DNA of 64,000 bases from positions 18,630-82,629 of the IMG/VR virus record IMGVR_UViG_3300032053_000009; one strand, given 5' to 3'. Made by a program: the position numbers and the translations under genes. Within the stretch, counting starts at the first letter, position 1, and every line of letters starts with the position of its first letter. Under the pieces are notes generated by a model, which searched no databases, was not told the origin of the DNA, and saw only the letters and a program-made list of their open reading frames with translations. This stretch comes from a virus (lineage: Duplodnaviria; Heunggongvirae; Uroviricota; Caudoviricetes). Below, one piece after another: positions 8,396 through 17,432 of this stretch.

Positions 8396-8424
8396 TTGCC
8401 CGAACTTTACAAATCAGTTATCAT
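8396..8424 (+). promoter_or_regulatory. sigma70-like promoter for the replication block
   Basis: TTGCCC-N17-TATCAT, followed by AGGAGA SD and ATG 8453. Confidence 0.55.
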
Positions 8425-8452
8425 CATCAGCTCTGTCAGGAGACCCGAAACC

Positions 8453-10126
8453 ATGAACGCCGAGCTTAAAGTACGAGACCGATATACCTTTCATCTCTTC
8501 TTCCCATACCACGCACCGACCGTAGAAGCTATCCGCAACACGCCTGGGTGCGCCTGGTCAAAAGCAACCTATAGTTGGATCTGCCGCTACATTTTTTACG
8601 ATCTCGTTATCAACACCTTAAACAAACAAGGTTTGGACATTACCGAAGGAAACAATTTCAAAAACGATCTGATCAGTTTCCACAACAGCGAAAAAGAATT
8701 GGAGAAAATAAAAGCCATTGACGGAAACGAGTGTTTAGAACTAACAAAAATAAAACTCGATCCGCATCAAAAAGTCGGCTCCACATTTATGGTGGTTGGT
8801 GAAAAGGTTTTGCTTGCTGATGCTGTCGGTCTTCAAAAAACATCTACAGCGCTGAACGCCTGCCTTATTTTGAAAAAGGTGAGAGACGTTAAAAAAGTTC
8901 TGTACGTGACCATCAACTCGTGCAAGTGGCAAGTGCAAACCGAGATCGAGCGCTTTACAAATCAAAAATCAATCGTGATTGATGGCACCAAAGAACAAAG
9001 ACACAACCAATTCAATCGCTGGCGAATTGGCAAAGATATGTTTCTCATCACCAACTACGAAGCCATTTACGCCAACATCAACCTATTCAAGAACGCTCTG
9101 CCGGACATCATCATCGCTGATGAGGTCAGCAAAGCCAAGAACTTCATGTCCAAGACAGCCAAGGCGCTGCGTCGCATCGAATCCCAATACTTCTGGGCGC
9201 TCGGCGCCACGCCGCTCGAAAACAACTTCGATGAAATCTTCAACATCCTCCGACTGGTCAACCCTGAACTCCTCGGCAACCTAACCAACTTCAAATCCTA
9301 TTATGCCAAGCTGGGCTTTTGGAACGAAATCAAAGGCTGGCACATCGACCGCATCAAAGATTTCATCAAGCGCATCCAGCCGTACATTTTGAAGCGCACC
9401 AATGAAGACGTGGGTCGTGTGCTGCCAAAGACAGACATCAAACATCATTGGATGGAACTGACCCCAGAACAACGAACCGTTTATGAGAATCTAAAAGTTC
9501 AATCAACGCTCACCGTGTCTGTCAACGGCACGACGTACAGCCAAATGATCTCAGTTTTGACTCGCCTACGAGAGACGTGCGACTTCTCTGACCTTGGCGA
9601 TCACAGCGCCGCCAGCGTCAGCTCGAAGCTGGAAGCCTTGGTTGACATTCTTAAAGCCACGCCGCCAGGCGACAAGACCATCATTTTCACGCAATGGGAG
9701 CAAGCCGCCCTGCGCATCGGCGAGCGCCTAAATAAGGAGAAGCTGGCTCATATTTTCGTGTCCGGCAGGGTTAAAGGAGCGCACAGGCAAATCGCTGTCA
9801 AAGATTTCAAAGAGAAAAGCGAGCTTGGCATCTTGCTCACGACCGATTGCTTGAGCTATGGCATGAACCTACAAGACGCCAACCACATCGTCATCTTTGA
9901 CTTGCTGTACACACCCAGCCGCATGACGCAGCGTGTCGGACGCATCCGGCGCCTTGGTCAAACCAAGGATATGACCATCCACACTCTCTTGTGCCGGAAC
10001 ACCGTGGAAGAGCGGATGCTGGACATCCTGGCACGCAAGCAAGGGTATCAGGATATGCTCTTTGATCCGTTCGCCAAAAACGTTAAATTGACGATGGACG
10101 ACCTGAAGAAGATAATTTTGAGCTAA
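8453..10126 (+). CDS. SNF2/Rad54-like SF2 helicase
   Basis: LLADAVGLQKT (motif I), IIADEVSKAKN (II), GATPLENN (III), GMNLQDANHIV (V), QRVGRIRRLGQ (VI); start moved to the ATG after the AGGAGA SD. Confidence 0.9.
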   Translation: MNAELKVRDRYTFHLFFPYHAPTVEAIRNTPGCAWSKATYSWICRYIFYDLVINTLNKQGLDITEGNNFKNDLISFHNSEKELEKIKAIDGNECLELTKIKLDPHQKVGSTFMVVGEKVLLADAVGLQKTSTALNACLILKKVRDVKKVLYVTINSCKWQVQTEIERFTNQKSIVIDGTKEQRHNQFNRWRIGKDMFLITNYEAIYANINLFKNALPDIIIADEVSKAKNFMSKTAKALRRIESQYFWALGATPLENNFDEIFNILRLVNPELLGNLTNFKSYYAKLGFWNEIKGWHIDRIKDFIKRIQPYILKRTNEDVGRVLPKTDIKHHWMELTPEQRTVYENLKVQSTLTVSVNGTTYSQMISVLTRLRETCDFSDLGDHSAASVSSKLEALVDILKATPPGDKTIIFTQWEQAALRIGERLNKEKLAHIFVSGRVKGAHRQIAVKDFKEKSELGILLTTDCLSYGMNLQDANHIVIFDLLYTPSRMTQRVGRIRRLGQTKDMTIHTLLCRNTVEERMLDILARKQGYQDMLFDPFAKNVKLTMDDLKKIILS

Positions 10127-10147
10127 GAAAACCGAAAGGAGATTAAT

Positions 10148-10357
10148 ATGAAAATGTCATACCTGAGAATCATCAGCGACAAAGACTCACGCACAAACGA
10201 AATCAACACGCAGCGTTTTTTGGCGGAACAGGAGATCAAAATTGATGGTCTTGATCCGCTTGCCAAACAAAAAGTGATGTCTGACGCCGCCAAAGACCTG
10301 CACCTCGCTGGCGCCATCATGCTGAAACAAATGATTCTTCAAAAAGGGGACGAATAA
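10148..10357 (+). CDS. Hypothetical protein
   Basis: 69 aa; AAGGAG SD; TAATG coupling to the next gene. Confidence 0.65.
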   Translation: MKMSYLRIISDKDSRTNEINTQRFLAEQEIKIDGLDPLAKQKVMSDAAKDLHLAGAIMLKQMILQKGDE

Positions 10358-11184
10358 TGAATTACGAGAAAGCGCTGCAACTCGCTAAAGAGGATTTGAT
10401 TTACAAATGCACGGAGTGTACGAGAGCACACGACGTTTTAAGTCAATGCCGTCGCAAATGCCACGTCATTTACAGGAAGTACGTGAGCTATGCGTTCGCC
10501 AACATCCCACGGGAACTGTGGGATCTTGAAATTGACGACTTCAACGTGGCTGCGGCAGACGCAGAAGTGAAAGAGCGTCGCATCCTCGCCCTCAAAACAG
10601 TCCGGTTCTACATGGACAACCTCTTAAACGCTTACCGGAAGGGTCTGGGCATGGTTCTGTACGGCTTTCACGGCACCGGAAAGTCAATGCTGGCCGCCTG
10701 CGTGCTCAAAGAAGCTCTCCGGCTCGATAAAAAGGTGAAAATGATCGAATTTAATGACATGACCAGCATCATCCGGCGATCCAAGCAAGATCCAGAACCA
10801 ATGGATGAGCTGGAAAACCAAATTGAGACGCTGGACGTGCTCTGCATTGAGAATTTTGGCGTCAATCAGTTCCTTCGCAATCCTGACGAGATCAGCCGAG
10901 ACAAAGACGCCAGCAAAGAGAAGGAATTGGCACGGTTTGTGCGTGGTCCCGACTACATGACCCGTGAAATTGCCCGCCTTTTGAACAACCGCCGCCGTGC
11001 CATGCTACCCAACATTATCACCACCTACTACAACATCGAAGAGTTGATGAAATCACAGGATGACGAGGGTCGGCAGCTCATGAGCACGATCACTGGACAT
11101 TGCGAACAGATCTGGATTGATGGAGAAGATTACAGAAAATCTGTCCTGAGCAAAAATTGGGACAAAAGGGTGGCTAAACGCTAA
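10357..11184 (+). CDS. DnaC/IstB-like AAA+ ATPase (helicase-loader-like)
   Basis: N-terminal C..C...C...C; LYGFHGTGKS Walker A; LCIENFG at Walker B; IITT sensor-like. Confidence 0.85.
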   Translation: MNYEKALQLAKEDLIYKCTECTRAHDVLSQCRRKCHVIYRKYVSYAFANIPRELWDLEIDDFNVAAADAEVKERRILALKTVRFYMDNLLNAYRKGLGMVLYGFHGTGKSMLAACVLKEALRLDKKVKMIEFNDMTSIIRRSKQDPEPMDELENQIETLDVLCIENFGVNQFLRNPDEISRDKDASKEKELARFVRGPDYMTREIARLLNNRRRAMLPNIITTYYNIEELMKSQDDEGRQLMSTITGHCEQIWIDGEDYRKSVLSKNWDKRVAKR

Positions 11185-11585
11185 TGGCTGGAACAAATGA
11201 ATGGAAGCGAATACCGTCGTTCCCGAATTATTCTGTCAGCAAGGATGGAAAAGTCCGAAGAATACGACCCAGCGGCTTGAAGGGCATCAAAAGCAAGCTC
11301 CTAAAGCCGTTTCACTCCCTTAAGCCGTTCCATTATCAGAACTTCACCTGGTATTGGCTCTATCGTAACGGCGTGCGCCACAAAGTGGCGGCAACCAAGC
11401 TGGTAGCGAGCGCATTTATTGAGACGTATGAGGATTTGCGAACGCTTGAAGTGCAAATGATTGATCCGGCCAAGGGTGTTTATTACACGAACTTGCGCTG
11501 GGTGCCTCGACGCTTCAACGCTCGCCGGAACGAGCCAACCACGTTAGCCCTTCGCAGGTATGAACACAAAAAGCGGTATGGATGA
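11184..11585 (+). CDS. NUMOD4-motif protein with degenerate HNH domain
   Basis: EWKRIPSFPNYSVSKDGKVR (NUMOD4); KLVASAF and NLRWV retained but catalytic His absent. Confidence 0.75.
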   Translation: MAGTNEWKRIPSFPNYSVSKDGKVRRIRPSGLKGIKSKLLKPFHSLKPFHYQNFTWYWLYRNGVRHKVAATKLVASAFIETYEDLRTLEVQMIDPAKGVYYTNLRWVPRRFNARRNEPTTLALRRYEHKKRYG

Positions 11586-12175
11586 TAAAAAATAAAATTG
11601 GTCGCTGGACAGTTATTGCGCAAGCCAAATCAAAAGGGGTTTACAAACATTGGCTCTGTCAATGTCAATGTGGAACCAAAAAGATAGTTTCTCAAAGCGA
11701 TCTGCGCCGAGGAAACTCACGTTCATGCGGATGTTTACGAAAAGAATTATTAATAAAACGCTCGTCTATACATGGTCACGCCGCACGCACATATCATAGT
11801 CCTGAATATAAATCATGGACGAGTATGTTGTGTCGATGTCGAGACAAACAAGATCGGGATTATGGTGGACGAGGTGTTCAAGTATGCCGACAATGGCGCA
11901 AATTCAAGAACTTTTTAGCCGACATGGGATCGAAACCATCACGACAACATACCATTGAGCGCATTGACGTGAATGGCAACTATGAGCCAGGTAATTGTCG
12001 ATGGGCAACTCGAAAAGAGCAGACAAGAAATCAAAGAAATAATATTCGCATCACTGCGTTTGGAAACAATCTGCTATTGATTGAATGGTCTGAATTTACA
12101 GGAATCAAATATCAAACATTGTATAACAGAATTTTCTCTCAACGTTTAACGCCAGAACAAGCTCTTACCATCTAA
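11582..12175 (+). CDS. HNH homing endonuclease
   Basis: WLCQCQCG...SCGC...YGGRGVQVC..W..F.NFLADMG...TIERIDVNGNYEPGNCRWAT. Confidence 0.9.
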   Translation: MIKNKIGRWTVIAQAKSKGVYKHWLCQCQCGTKKIVSQSDLRRGNSRSCGCLRKELLIKRSSIHGHAARTYHSPEYKSWTSMLCRCRDKQDRDYGGRGVQVCRQWRKFKNFLADMGSKPSRQHTIERIDVNGNYEPGNCRWATRKEQTRNQRNNIRITAFGNNLLLIEWSEFTGIKYQTLYNRIFSQRLTPEQALTI

Positions 12176-12195
12176 AGGTAATCCAAACACCCCAA

Positions 12196-12245
12196 GCTCG
12201 CCTTCCGTCCACCACTTTCGTGATAGACACAGATGGAAGGCGAGC
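12196..12245. terminator. Stem-loop between convergent units (candidate bidirectional terminator)
   Basis: GCTCGCCTTCCGTC...GATGGAAGGCGAGC inverted repeat (11 bp perfect, extended by a G-U pair); no clear U-tract. Confidence 0.5.
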
Positions 12246-12288
12246 CACTAAAGTCTGGACTCGTTCAACCAGCGCCCACAGTCTTGAT

Positions 12289-12753
12289 TTAGGCGGGCTT
12301 GGCTGGCGCTGGGGTTGGAGCTGGCAAACCACTGTTGATGCTGGTCAGGTTTTGAGCAATTGACATAGCGCCAGCAAGAATCGTTCCTGCTATCGCCAAA
12401 TGTGCGCTCGACACGCCGCCCTGTTGTAACGCTAATACGGCATTGCTGAGCTGAGCCAAGAGACCCATCAAAAACTCTGTCGATCTCAATGGCGGATGTG
12501 GTATGGATTCATCGGTCTTATCAAAACCACGCATGATGTTGTACGACCCCACCAACACGGTTGTGATAATCAAGCTGATGTCAGCAGGGATGAACCCTTT
12601 AATGGAAGCCACCAACGCAATTCCAGATCCCAAAAGCGAGACCCAGAAGTGAATGGTTTTCCATCCACGCTTTACTTCTTTGACGTTCGCCAAGAAATCC
12701 GCAGCGGGCTTTCTGGCAACGAACAACAATTTGATCTTGTCTATCAGACTCAT
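12289..12753 (-). CDS. Putative holin (about four hydrophobic helices, internal duplication)
   Basis: Start MSLIDK at 12753 (ATGA overlap); hydrophobic segments; WKTIHFW / LRSTEFL repeats; second gene downstream of the endolysin. Confidence 0.7.
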   Translation of the reverse strand: MSLIDKIKLLFVARKPAADFLANVKEVKRGWKTIHFWVSLLGSGIALVASIKGFIPADISLIITTVLVGSYNIMRGFDKTDESIPHPPLRSTEFLMGLLAQLSNAVLALQQGGVSSAHLAIAGTILAGAMSIAQNLTSINSGLPAPTPAPAKPA

Positions 12754-13079
12754 TTGACCCTCCTTGCTCTCTTTATCTGAGAAATGATCCGAATCTTTTG
12801 AATGTGCGCATTGCGTCGAAAGATCAGCCGCAAATTTGGGCACACAAATTCATACACCCTTGATATTGGTATGCCATCGCTTTCAGCGACATCGCACGCA
12901 GCAACGTAACCACAGCGCACTTCACTGTTCGATAAACTGTCGGTCGTGTTAATTTCCCAGACAAATCGTTCCCAATGATCAGGGTCTAAAAGAATGACTC
13001 GTGGACGAGACGATGATGGCAAACACCTCAATTCATCTTCGATTTTGGATGCAACCAGCACCTCGCTCATACCCGTCAC
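12750..13079 (-). CDS. Hypothetical protein in lysis cassette
   Basis: 109 aa, coupled on both sides. Confidence 0.6.
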   Translation of the reverse strand: MTGMSEVLVASKIEDELRCLPSSSRPRVILLDPDHWERFVWEINTTDSLSNSEVRCGYVAACDVAESDGIPISRVYEFVCPNLRLIFRRNAHIQKIRIISQIKRARRVK

Positions 13080-13840
13080 GCAATGGCATCCATCTTACTT
13101 TTAATGGATGCCAGCGCCGTCACCCTGTTATAAACGCCTGTGAGCGAGCTGACATACTGCGGATCTGTCGCCCACTGATATTTTCCATTCGCCAGCCAAA
13201 AGAAATACTTATCCGGCACGTTTCTGAAGCTATACGATTGAGGATACATCCGTTGGATCTTGTCGCAATACCAAATAACAGCCTCGTCCGTCGTCTCCCA
13301 ATCCACAAAAAGACGTGTCGTGGTCACTTTAACCCACAAAATACCTGGCTTGCCTGACTCCACTTCAAATTTGGTTATGTTCGGGAACTGCTTTTTGGCG
13401 TAAGCGATGGCTTTGTTCTTGAGATCAGGATCTTTAGAATCGGTATAGACGTACTTCACAAACTCGTGCGTGTCAATATCAAGCACCAGCCCTGTCCAGG
13501 CGTTTGGCCTGGTGATGCCGAAGAAATTGTTGTTGCCGATCACACGATCAAACCCGCCTGTTTCATGCCAAGCGTGTGCCAGCACGATGTACGGATCAAA
13601 ACCACGAATCTTTAATAGCGGCGCCGACGCCATAAACCGATCTAAAGGCGTTCCGAATGGTGGCGGAGGTGGCTTGGGTGGCGGCGGAGCGGTCTTAGGT
13701 GGTTCCGTTATCGTTATTCCGGTCAGGGAGGATAACGGTGAAACGGGTGGGGGCGGGATTATCGGAGCCGTAGGTTCCGTTGGCGGCTTTGGCTTCAGCC
13801 ACGTTATCAGAAATTGAATTATTTTCTTCAGTAGTTCCAT
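13076..13840 (-). CDS. Endolysin, GH73 glucosaminidase/FlgJ-like, with amphipathic N-terminus and Pro-rich linker
   Basis: LAHAWHETG...NNNFFGIT...WATDPQY (catalytic Glu plus YATD-like motif). Confidence 0.85.
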   Translation of the reverse strand: MELLKKIIQFLITWLKPKPPTEPTAPIIPPPPVSPLSSLTGITITEPPKTAPPPPKPPPPPFGTPLDRFMASAPLLKIRGFDPYIVLAHAWHETGGFDRVIGNNNFFGITRPNAWTGLVLDIDTHEFVKYVYTDSKDPDLKNKAIAYAKKQFPNITKFEVESGKPGILWVKVTTTRLFVDWETTDEAVIWYCDKIQRMYPQSYSFRNVPDKYFFWLANGKYQWATDPQYVSSLTGVYNRVTALASIKSKMDAIA

Positions 13841-13956
13841 AATAAACCGTTTTTGCGAACCCGCAATTACAAAGAAGATCGTATCCAGTGATCATGCCTG
13901 GCCAGTGCGTTTCCGTTAATATGGCACCACATTTTGGACAATTCACACTCAATCCA

Positions 13957-14406
13957 TCAAGTGTTTGGCTGTTCCCCATTACCATTATTGTTGACGCCAA
14001 CACGATTTTCAAGCTCATTAACGATGGCTTGCCCGATTGGGTTTGGCTTCACCTCTCCCTGCGTCAACGACGGTTCTGTGGACTGCACAAGCATCCGACG
14101 CATTGAGTTTTCAATCGCTCGCTCGGCAGCGTGCGGGGGCGACACATCCAATATCACGTTTCGCACTTCCTGAACAGCGACGCCCGTGTGCATAATGCGC
14201 TGAGTGTTTTCGATCAAGGCTTCCAAAACCCAAATGTGAACGCAATCAAATTTGTCAACAACTTCGTCACTTTGCGCTCTCTTGCCACGCACCTGGCGCC
14301 ACAACTGACATTTGCTTTGCGCTCCGGTCGCTGGATCGACTTCAAAATCGCTACGCCATCCGTCGATGCACCGTTTCCCGTTATAGGGACAGTTTTGATA
14401 GCTCAT
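13957..14406 (-). CDS. Cys-rich conserved protein typically following His-rich tail fibres
   Basis: CP...C...C.LW..V.G...D.FDC...W...ALIENTQ....TG.AV.E.RN. Confidence 0.75.
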   Translation of the reverse strand: MSYQNCPYNGKRCIDGWRSDFEVDPATGAQSKCQLWRQVRGKRAQSDEVVDKFDCVHIWVLEALIENTQRIMHTGVAVQEVRNVILDVSPPHAAERAIENSMRRMLVQSTEPSLTQGEVKPNPIGQAIVNELENRVGVNNNGNGEQPNT

Positions 14407-16046
14407 TAGTTTTTCTGCGCCACAATCACGTCAATGTATTGAAGCGTGAACGTTCCCAAAATCGTATCCGTGCCAGGTGACGCAGCACTCGTCCCAGGAG
14501 ATTGAGCGTCGGTTGTGAGAGCTGTCGCACTCGTCCCAGGCGCCTGAGCGTCTGTCCCTGGCGCTGTTGCACCCGTAGCGGCGCCATGAGCATGAGCACC
14601 TTGTGAATCTGTGCCAGGACCTGCGCTACCCGTAGCTCCTGCATGGCTATGCGATCCATCATTCCCAATAGAATGTGTGTGGCTGTTCACAACATGAGAA
14701 TGCGAACCTTCAGGACTGGTCAACGCCCAAGAATATGTGGGACTTGTGAGTGATTGAGCAGTATAGGCAGAAAAAGTATGACCAGTGCAAGGATCGGCAA
14801 TAAACGATCTCGGATCGGGAGAGGCAGCGACGCCCCAAGGTCCTCGTTCCGGCCTATGATCATAAGCAGTATCGCTTATCTGAAAAGCCTCAGTGCCGCC
14901 AGTATTGCCAAACACAAACGATTCTTTGTGTTGGTGATCGGCAAACGTATCTGTGCCTGGCGCTGTTCCGCCACTTGCCCCAGTATGATTATGAGTTCCG
15001 TCCGCACCAATAGAGTGAGTATGCCCATTCACGGTATGAGCGTGTGTGCCATCCGAACTGACGCCATGCGTATGACTATTGACGGTATGGCTGTGGCTGT
15101 TCACGGTATGGCTATGACCAGTGATGCCGTGAGTATGGGCGTTCACGGTATGGCTGTGGCTGTTCACAGTGTGAGCATGAGCCAAATTGAATCCAGTTGA
15201 CATTGACGACGATCCGCCAACTCCACCCCCAGCACCGCTTACAATACGCAACGCCTTGTCATTATTGGTCACGAGCTGCGTCCAGCCGCTTGGTGGTGTC
15301 GCTTGATAGAAGACCTGAATCGTTCCGGTCTGATTAAAACCAATTCCAGACCCAACGAACGATGCCGTGTTTATACGATCCTGATTTACTGATCCAGCCA
15401 CCAAACGAGAACCATCCAATCCATAATCCGTTCCTCGTTGACGAAACGTAACAGGAAACGAACTCGATACCAGCATGGCGCTATCGACAAAGAACGTTCC
15501 GATCTGTAGGTCAGGAGCGAACGCTCGAAACACATTGACGTGGAGATAAGTGGCAGTGGTGGCAATGGTCTGCGTGACCGTCAACGTCTGATAAGCGCCG
15601 CCGCCAGGATGGAAGGCGCTAACAGTTTCCGTGATGCCGTCATCAATGGAGATTTTGACAGCGTTCGGCAGTGAGCTATAAACACGAACGGACAGAGAGA
15701 GCTTCAATCCCTTGAATTGTTGGTAATTGGAGAAGACTTGGTAAATCGCATACTGAACATCCGGCGACCCCGCTCCCGACACGACAAGTTTCATTGCATA
15801 ATTGCCGCTATCGACTTGAGCGCCAAGGTCAGTACGAGCTGCACGATTCACATTCACTGTTGGCAACGAGCTGCCAGCTTTAAGAACTTGCCACGAATCT
15901 AATGTGAAAGCACCATTGGCCGGATTCGTATAGACCGAACCATTGTTGGTTTGGTCTATTTCAAATCCACCATTTAGGAGGAGGTTTTCGTGTATCCCGT
16001 ATCCCTTAACGCTTCCGTCAGTACCAACTTCCCAGAATTGACCCAT
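14406..16046 (-). CDS. Tail fibre: N-terminal CBM-like domain plus His-x-His metal-binding needle
   Basis: NLLLNGGFE domain; PPSGWTQ...KALRIVSG; 14 H-x-H motifs; ends YIDVIVAQKN. Confidence 0.85.
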   Translation of the reverse strand: MGQFWEVGTDGSVKGYGIHENLLLNGGFEIDQTNNGSVYTNPANGAFTLDSWQVLKAGSSLPTVNVNRAARTDLGAQVDSGNYAMKLVVSGAGSPDVQYAIYQVFSNYQQFKGLKLSLSVRVYSSLPNAVKISIDDGITETVSAFHPGGGAYQTLTVTQTIATTATYLHVNVFRAFAPDLQIGTFFVDSAMLVSSSFPVTFRQRGTDYGLDGSRLVAGSVNQDRINTASFVGSGIGFNQTGTIQVFYQATPPSGWTQLVTNNDKALRIVSGAGGGVGGSSSMSTGFNLAHAHTVNSHSHTVNAHTHGITGHSHTVNSHSHTVNSHTHGVSSDGTHAHTVNGHTHSIGADGTHNHTGASGGTAPGTDTFADHQHKESFVFGNTGGTEAFQISDTAYDHRPERGPWGVAASPDPRSFIADPCTGHTFSAYTAQSLTSPTYSWALTSPEGSHSHVVNSHTHSIGNDGSHSHAGATGSAGPGTDSQGAHAHGAATGATAPGTDAQAPGTSATALTTDAQSPGTSAASPGTDTILGTFTLQYIDVIVAQKN

Positions 16047-16075
16047 TGTTCAACTCCTTTCATTCGCCTTTCAAT

Positions 16076-16462
16076 TTAGAACTGTTGAAGATTGTAGTAA
16101 GACACTCCCTGCTTCGAGCACTCGTCAATGAGAATTGACACCGCCAATGCCGCTTGTGTGCCTGTGGTCGGAAGACCACGATCAGCAGCTTGCGCCTGTA
16201 CGTCGGCAAGGCTGAGCGTCATCATCTTCAGATAGTGAAGATATTGAGCAATTGGACCACCCGCCATCGGATACTGACTCACGGTATGGCACGTCTGACA
16301 CTCAACATTGATTTGCGTGTAATTGGTTAATCCATTTATGCCAACTGTGAAAGGCAAAGTGGACACGGCAATGTTTTGGCTGATGCCATCGTTGTGGACG
16401 ACATCAACTTTATACCCACCGACATCGGTCATGTTTGAAACGTAGACTGTTTGTACTGGCAT
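16076..16462 (-). CDS. Hypothetical protein (CxxC plus SAP/HeH-like C-terminal helices); possible fibre chaperone
   Basis: GAGGAG SD; CQTC; LSLADVQAQAADRGLPTTGTQAAL. Confidence 0.7.
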   Translation of the reverse strand: MPVQTVYVSNMTDVGGYKVDVVHNDGISQNIAVSTLPFTVGINGLTNYTQINVECQTCHTVSQYPMAGGPIAQYLHYLKMMTLSLADVQAQAADRGLPTTGTQAALAVSILIDECSKQGVSYYNLQQF

Positions 16463-16499
16463 TGTTATTCTCCTCCTATTAGAGAAATATGAGTCAAAA

Positions 16500-17432
16500 T
16501 TATGTTACCTCTGCCGTATAGCTGTAAGAGAGTTCAAGAACATTATAGGTTGTTTGCGAAGCGTTCCTGTCAAATCTGGTCGAACATCCTTGAACGTTTA
16601 CGCTGGCTGTGGTGGCAGTATAATTCGCCGTATCAACCAAAGAACCAGTCCCTTGTGTAGGGCTTTGCCAAAGCTGCGCCGTCGCCAACGACATAGTGAT
16701 AGTTGGAGTAGATGCTTTAGTTACCTTAAACGGATGAACGATACGTGCCGTACTCGATGAACTGGATTCTAACGCAACCACTGGATTGTATGAACCGGAA
16801 AGCTCATAATACCGTTGACACCGAGCCAGATCGTCCGCAATGACCAAAGGAACAAACGCTTGCGGCTCTGTCCCGACAACCATCATAGCTGAATCGGCAT
16901 AAAAAGTGCCAGTCTGGATGCCGCCACCTTCATTGCGCTGTCCAACGTAAATACCCAAAGCCGACGCATTAGATTCCACTGCGTATGTGATCGTTAAGGT
17001 TTCCCAATTCCCAGAACCTGAATGATAAGACGAGAAAGCGCCTGCGATACCAGTGTCGAGTTGAAGACGAACTTTGGTCATGGTTGTCTTCACTCGCACT
17101 GATGCCGAAATTATTTTACCTCGATAATAAATATAGTTCTCAACATAGTTAGCGACTGAGCAATTGCCAGCGGTGCCCGCATTCGTGACGGTGAGATTTA
17201 ACGAATAATTGCCGTTATCGACATTGCCAGCCCCAGGCTCTTGCGCAACAGTAAATGCCAATGCGCCAACACTGCTGCCGCTTGCCGCAAACCATCGGTC
17301 AGCGGTATACGTGAAATTAGCCGGACTGCTGAATGTCGTTCCTTTTTGCCAAATTTCAAAACCACCATTAACAAAAAGATTGGAATTGCCAATATTTTGC
17401 GCCACCCGTTCAAGTCCAGTAAGATAACTCAT
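16500..17432 (-). CDS. Receptor-binding protein paralog (1 CBM4/9-like domain plus RCQRYYE C-terminal domain)
   Basis: NLFVNGGFEIWQKG...YHSGSGNWETL...RCQRYYE...YTAEVT; start MSYLTG at 17432. Confidence 0.8.
   Translation of the reverse strand: MSYLTGLERVAQNIGNSNLFVNGGFEIWQKGTTFSSPANFTYTADRWFAASGSSVGALAFTVAQEPGAGNVDNGNYSLNLTVTNAGTAGNCSVANYVENYIYYRGKIISASVRVKTTMTKVRLQLDTGIAGAFSSYHSGSGNWETLTITYAVESNASALGIYVGQRNEGGGIQTGTFYADSAMMVVGTEPQAFVPLVIADDLARCQRYYELSGSYNPVVALESSSSSTARIVHPFKVTKASTPTITMSLATAQLWQSPTQGTGSLVDTANYTATTASVNVQGCSTRFDRNASQTTYNVLELSYSYTAEVT

Noticed and set aside
16270-16305. CQTCH as a c-type heme-binding motif
   Set aside because: No signal peptide and a cytoplasmic/virion context; more plausibly a zinc ligand or chance.
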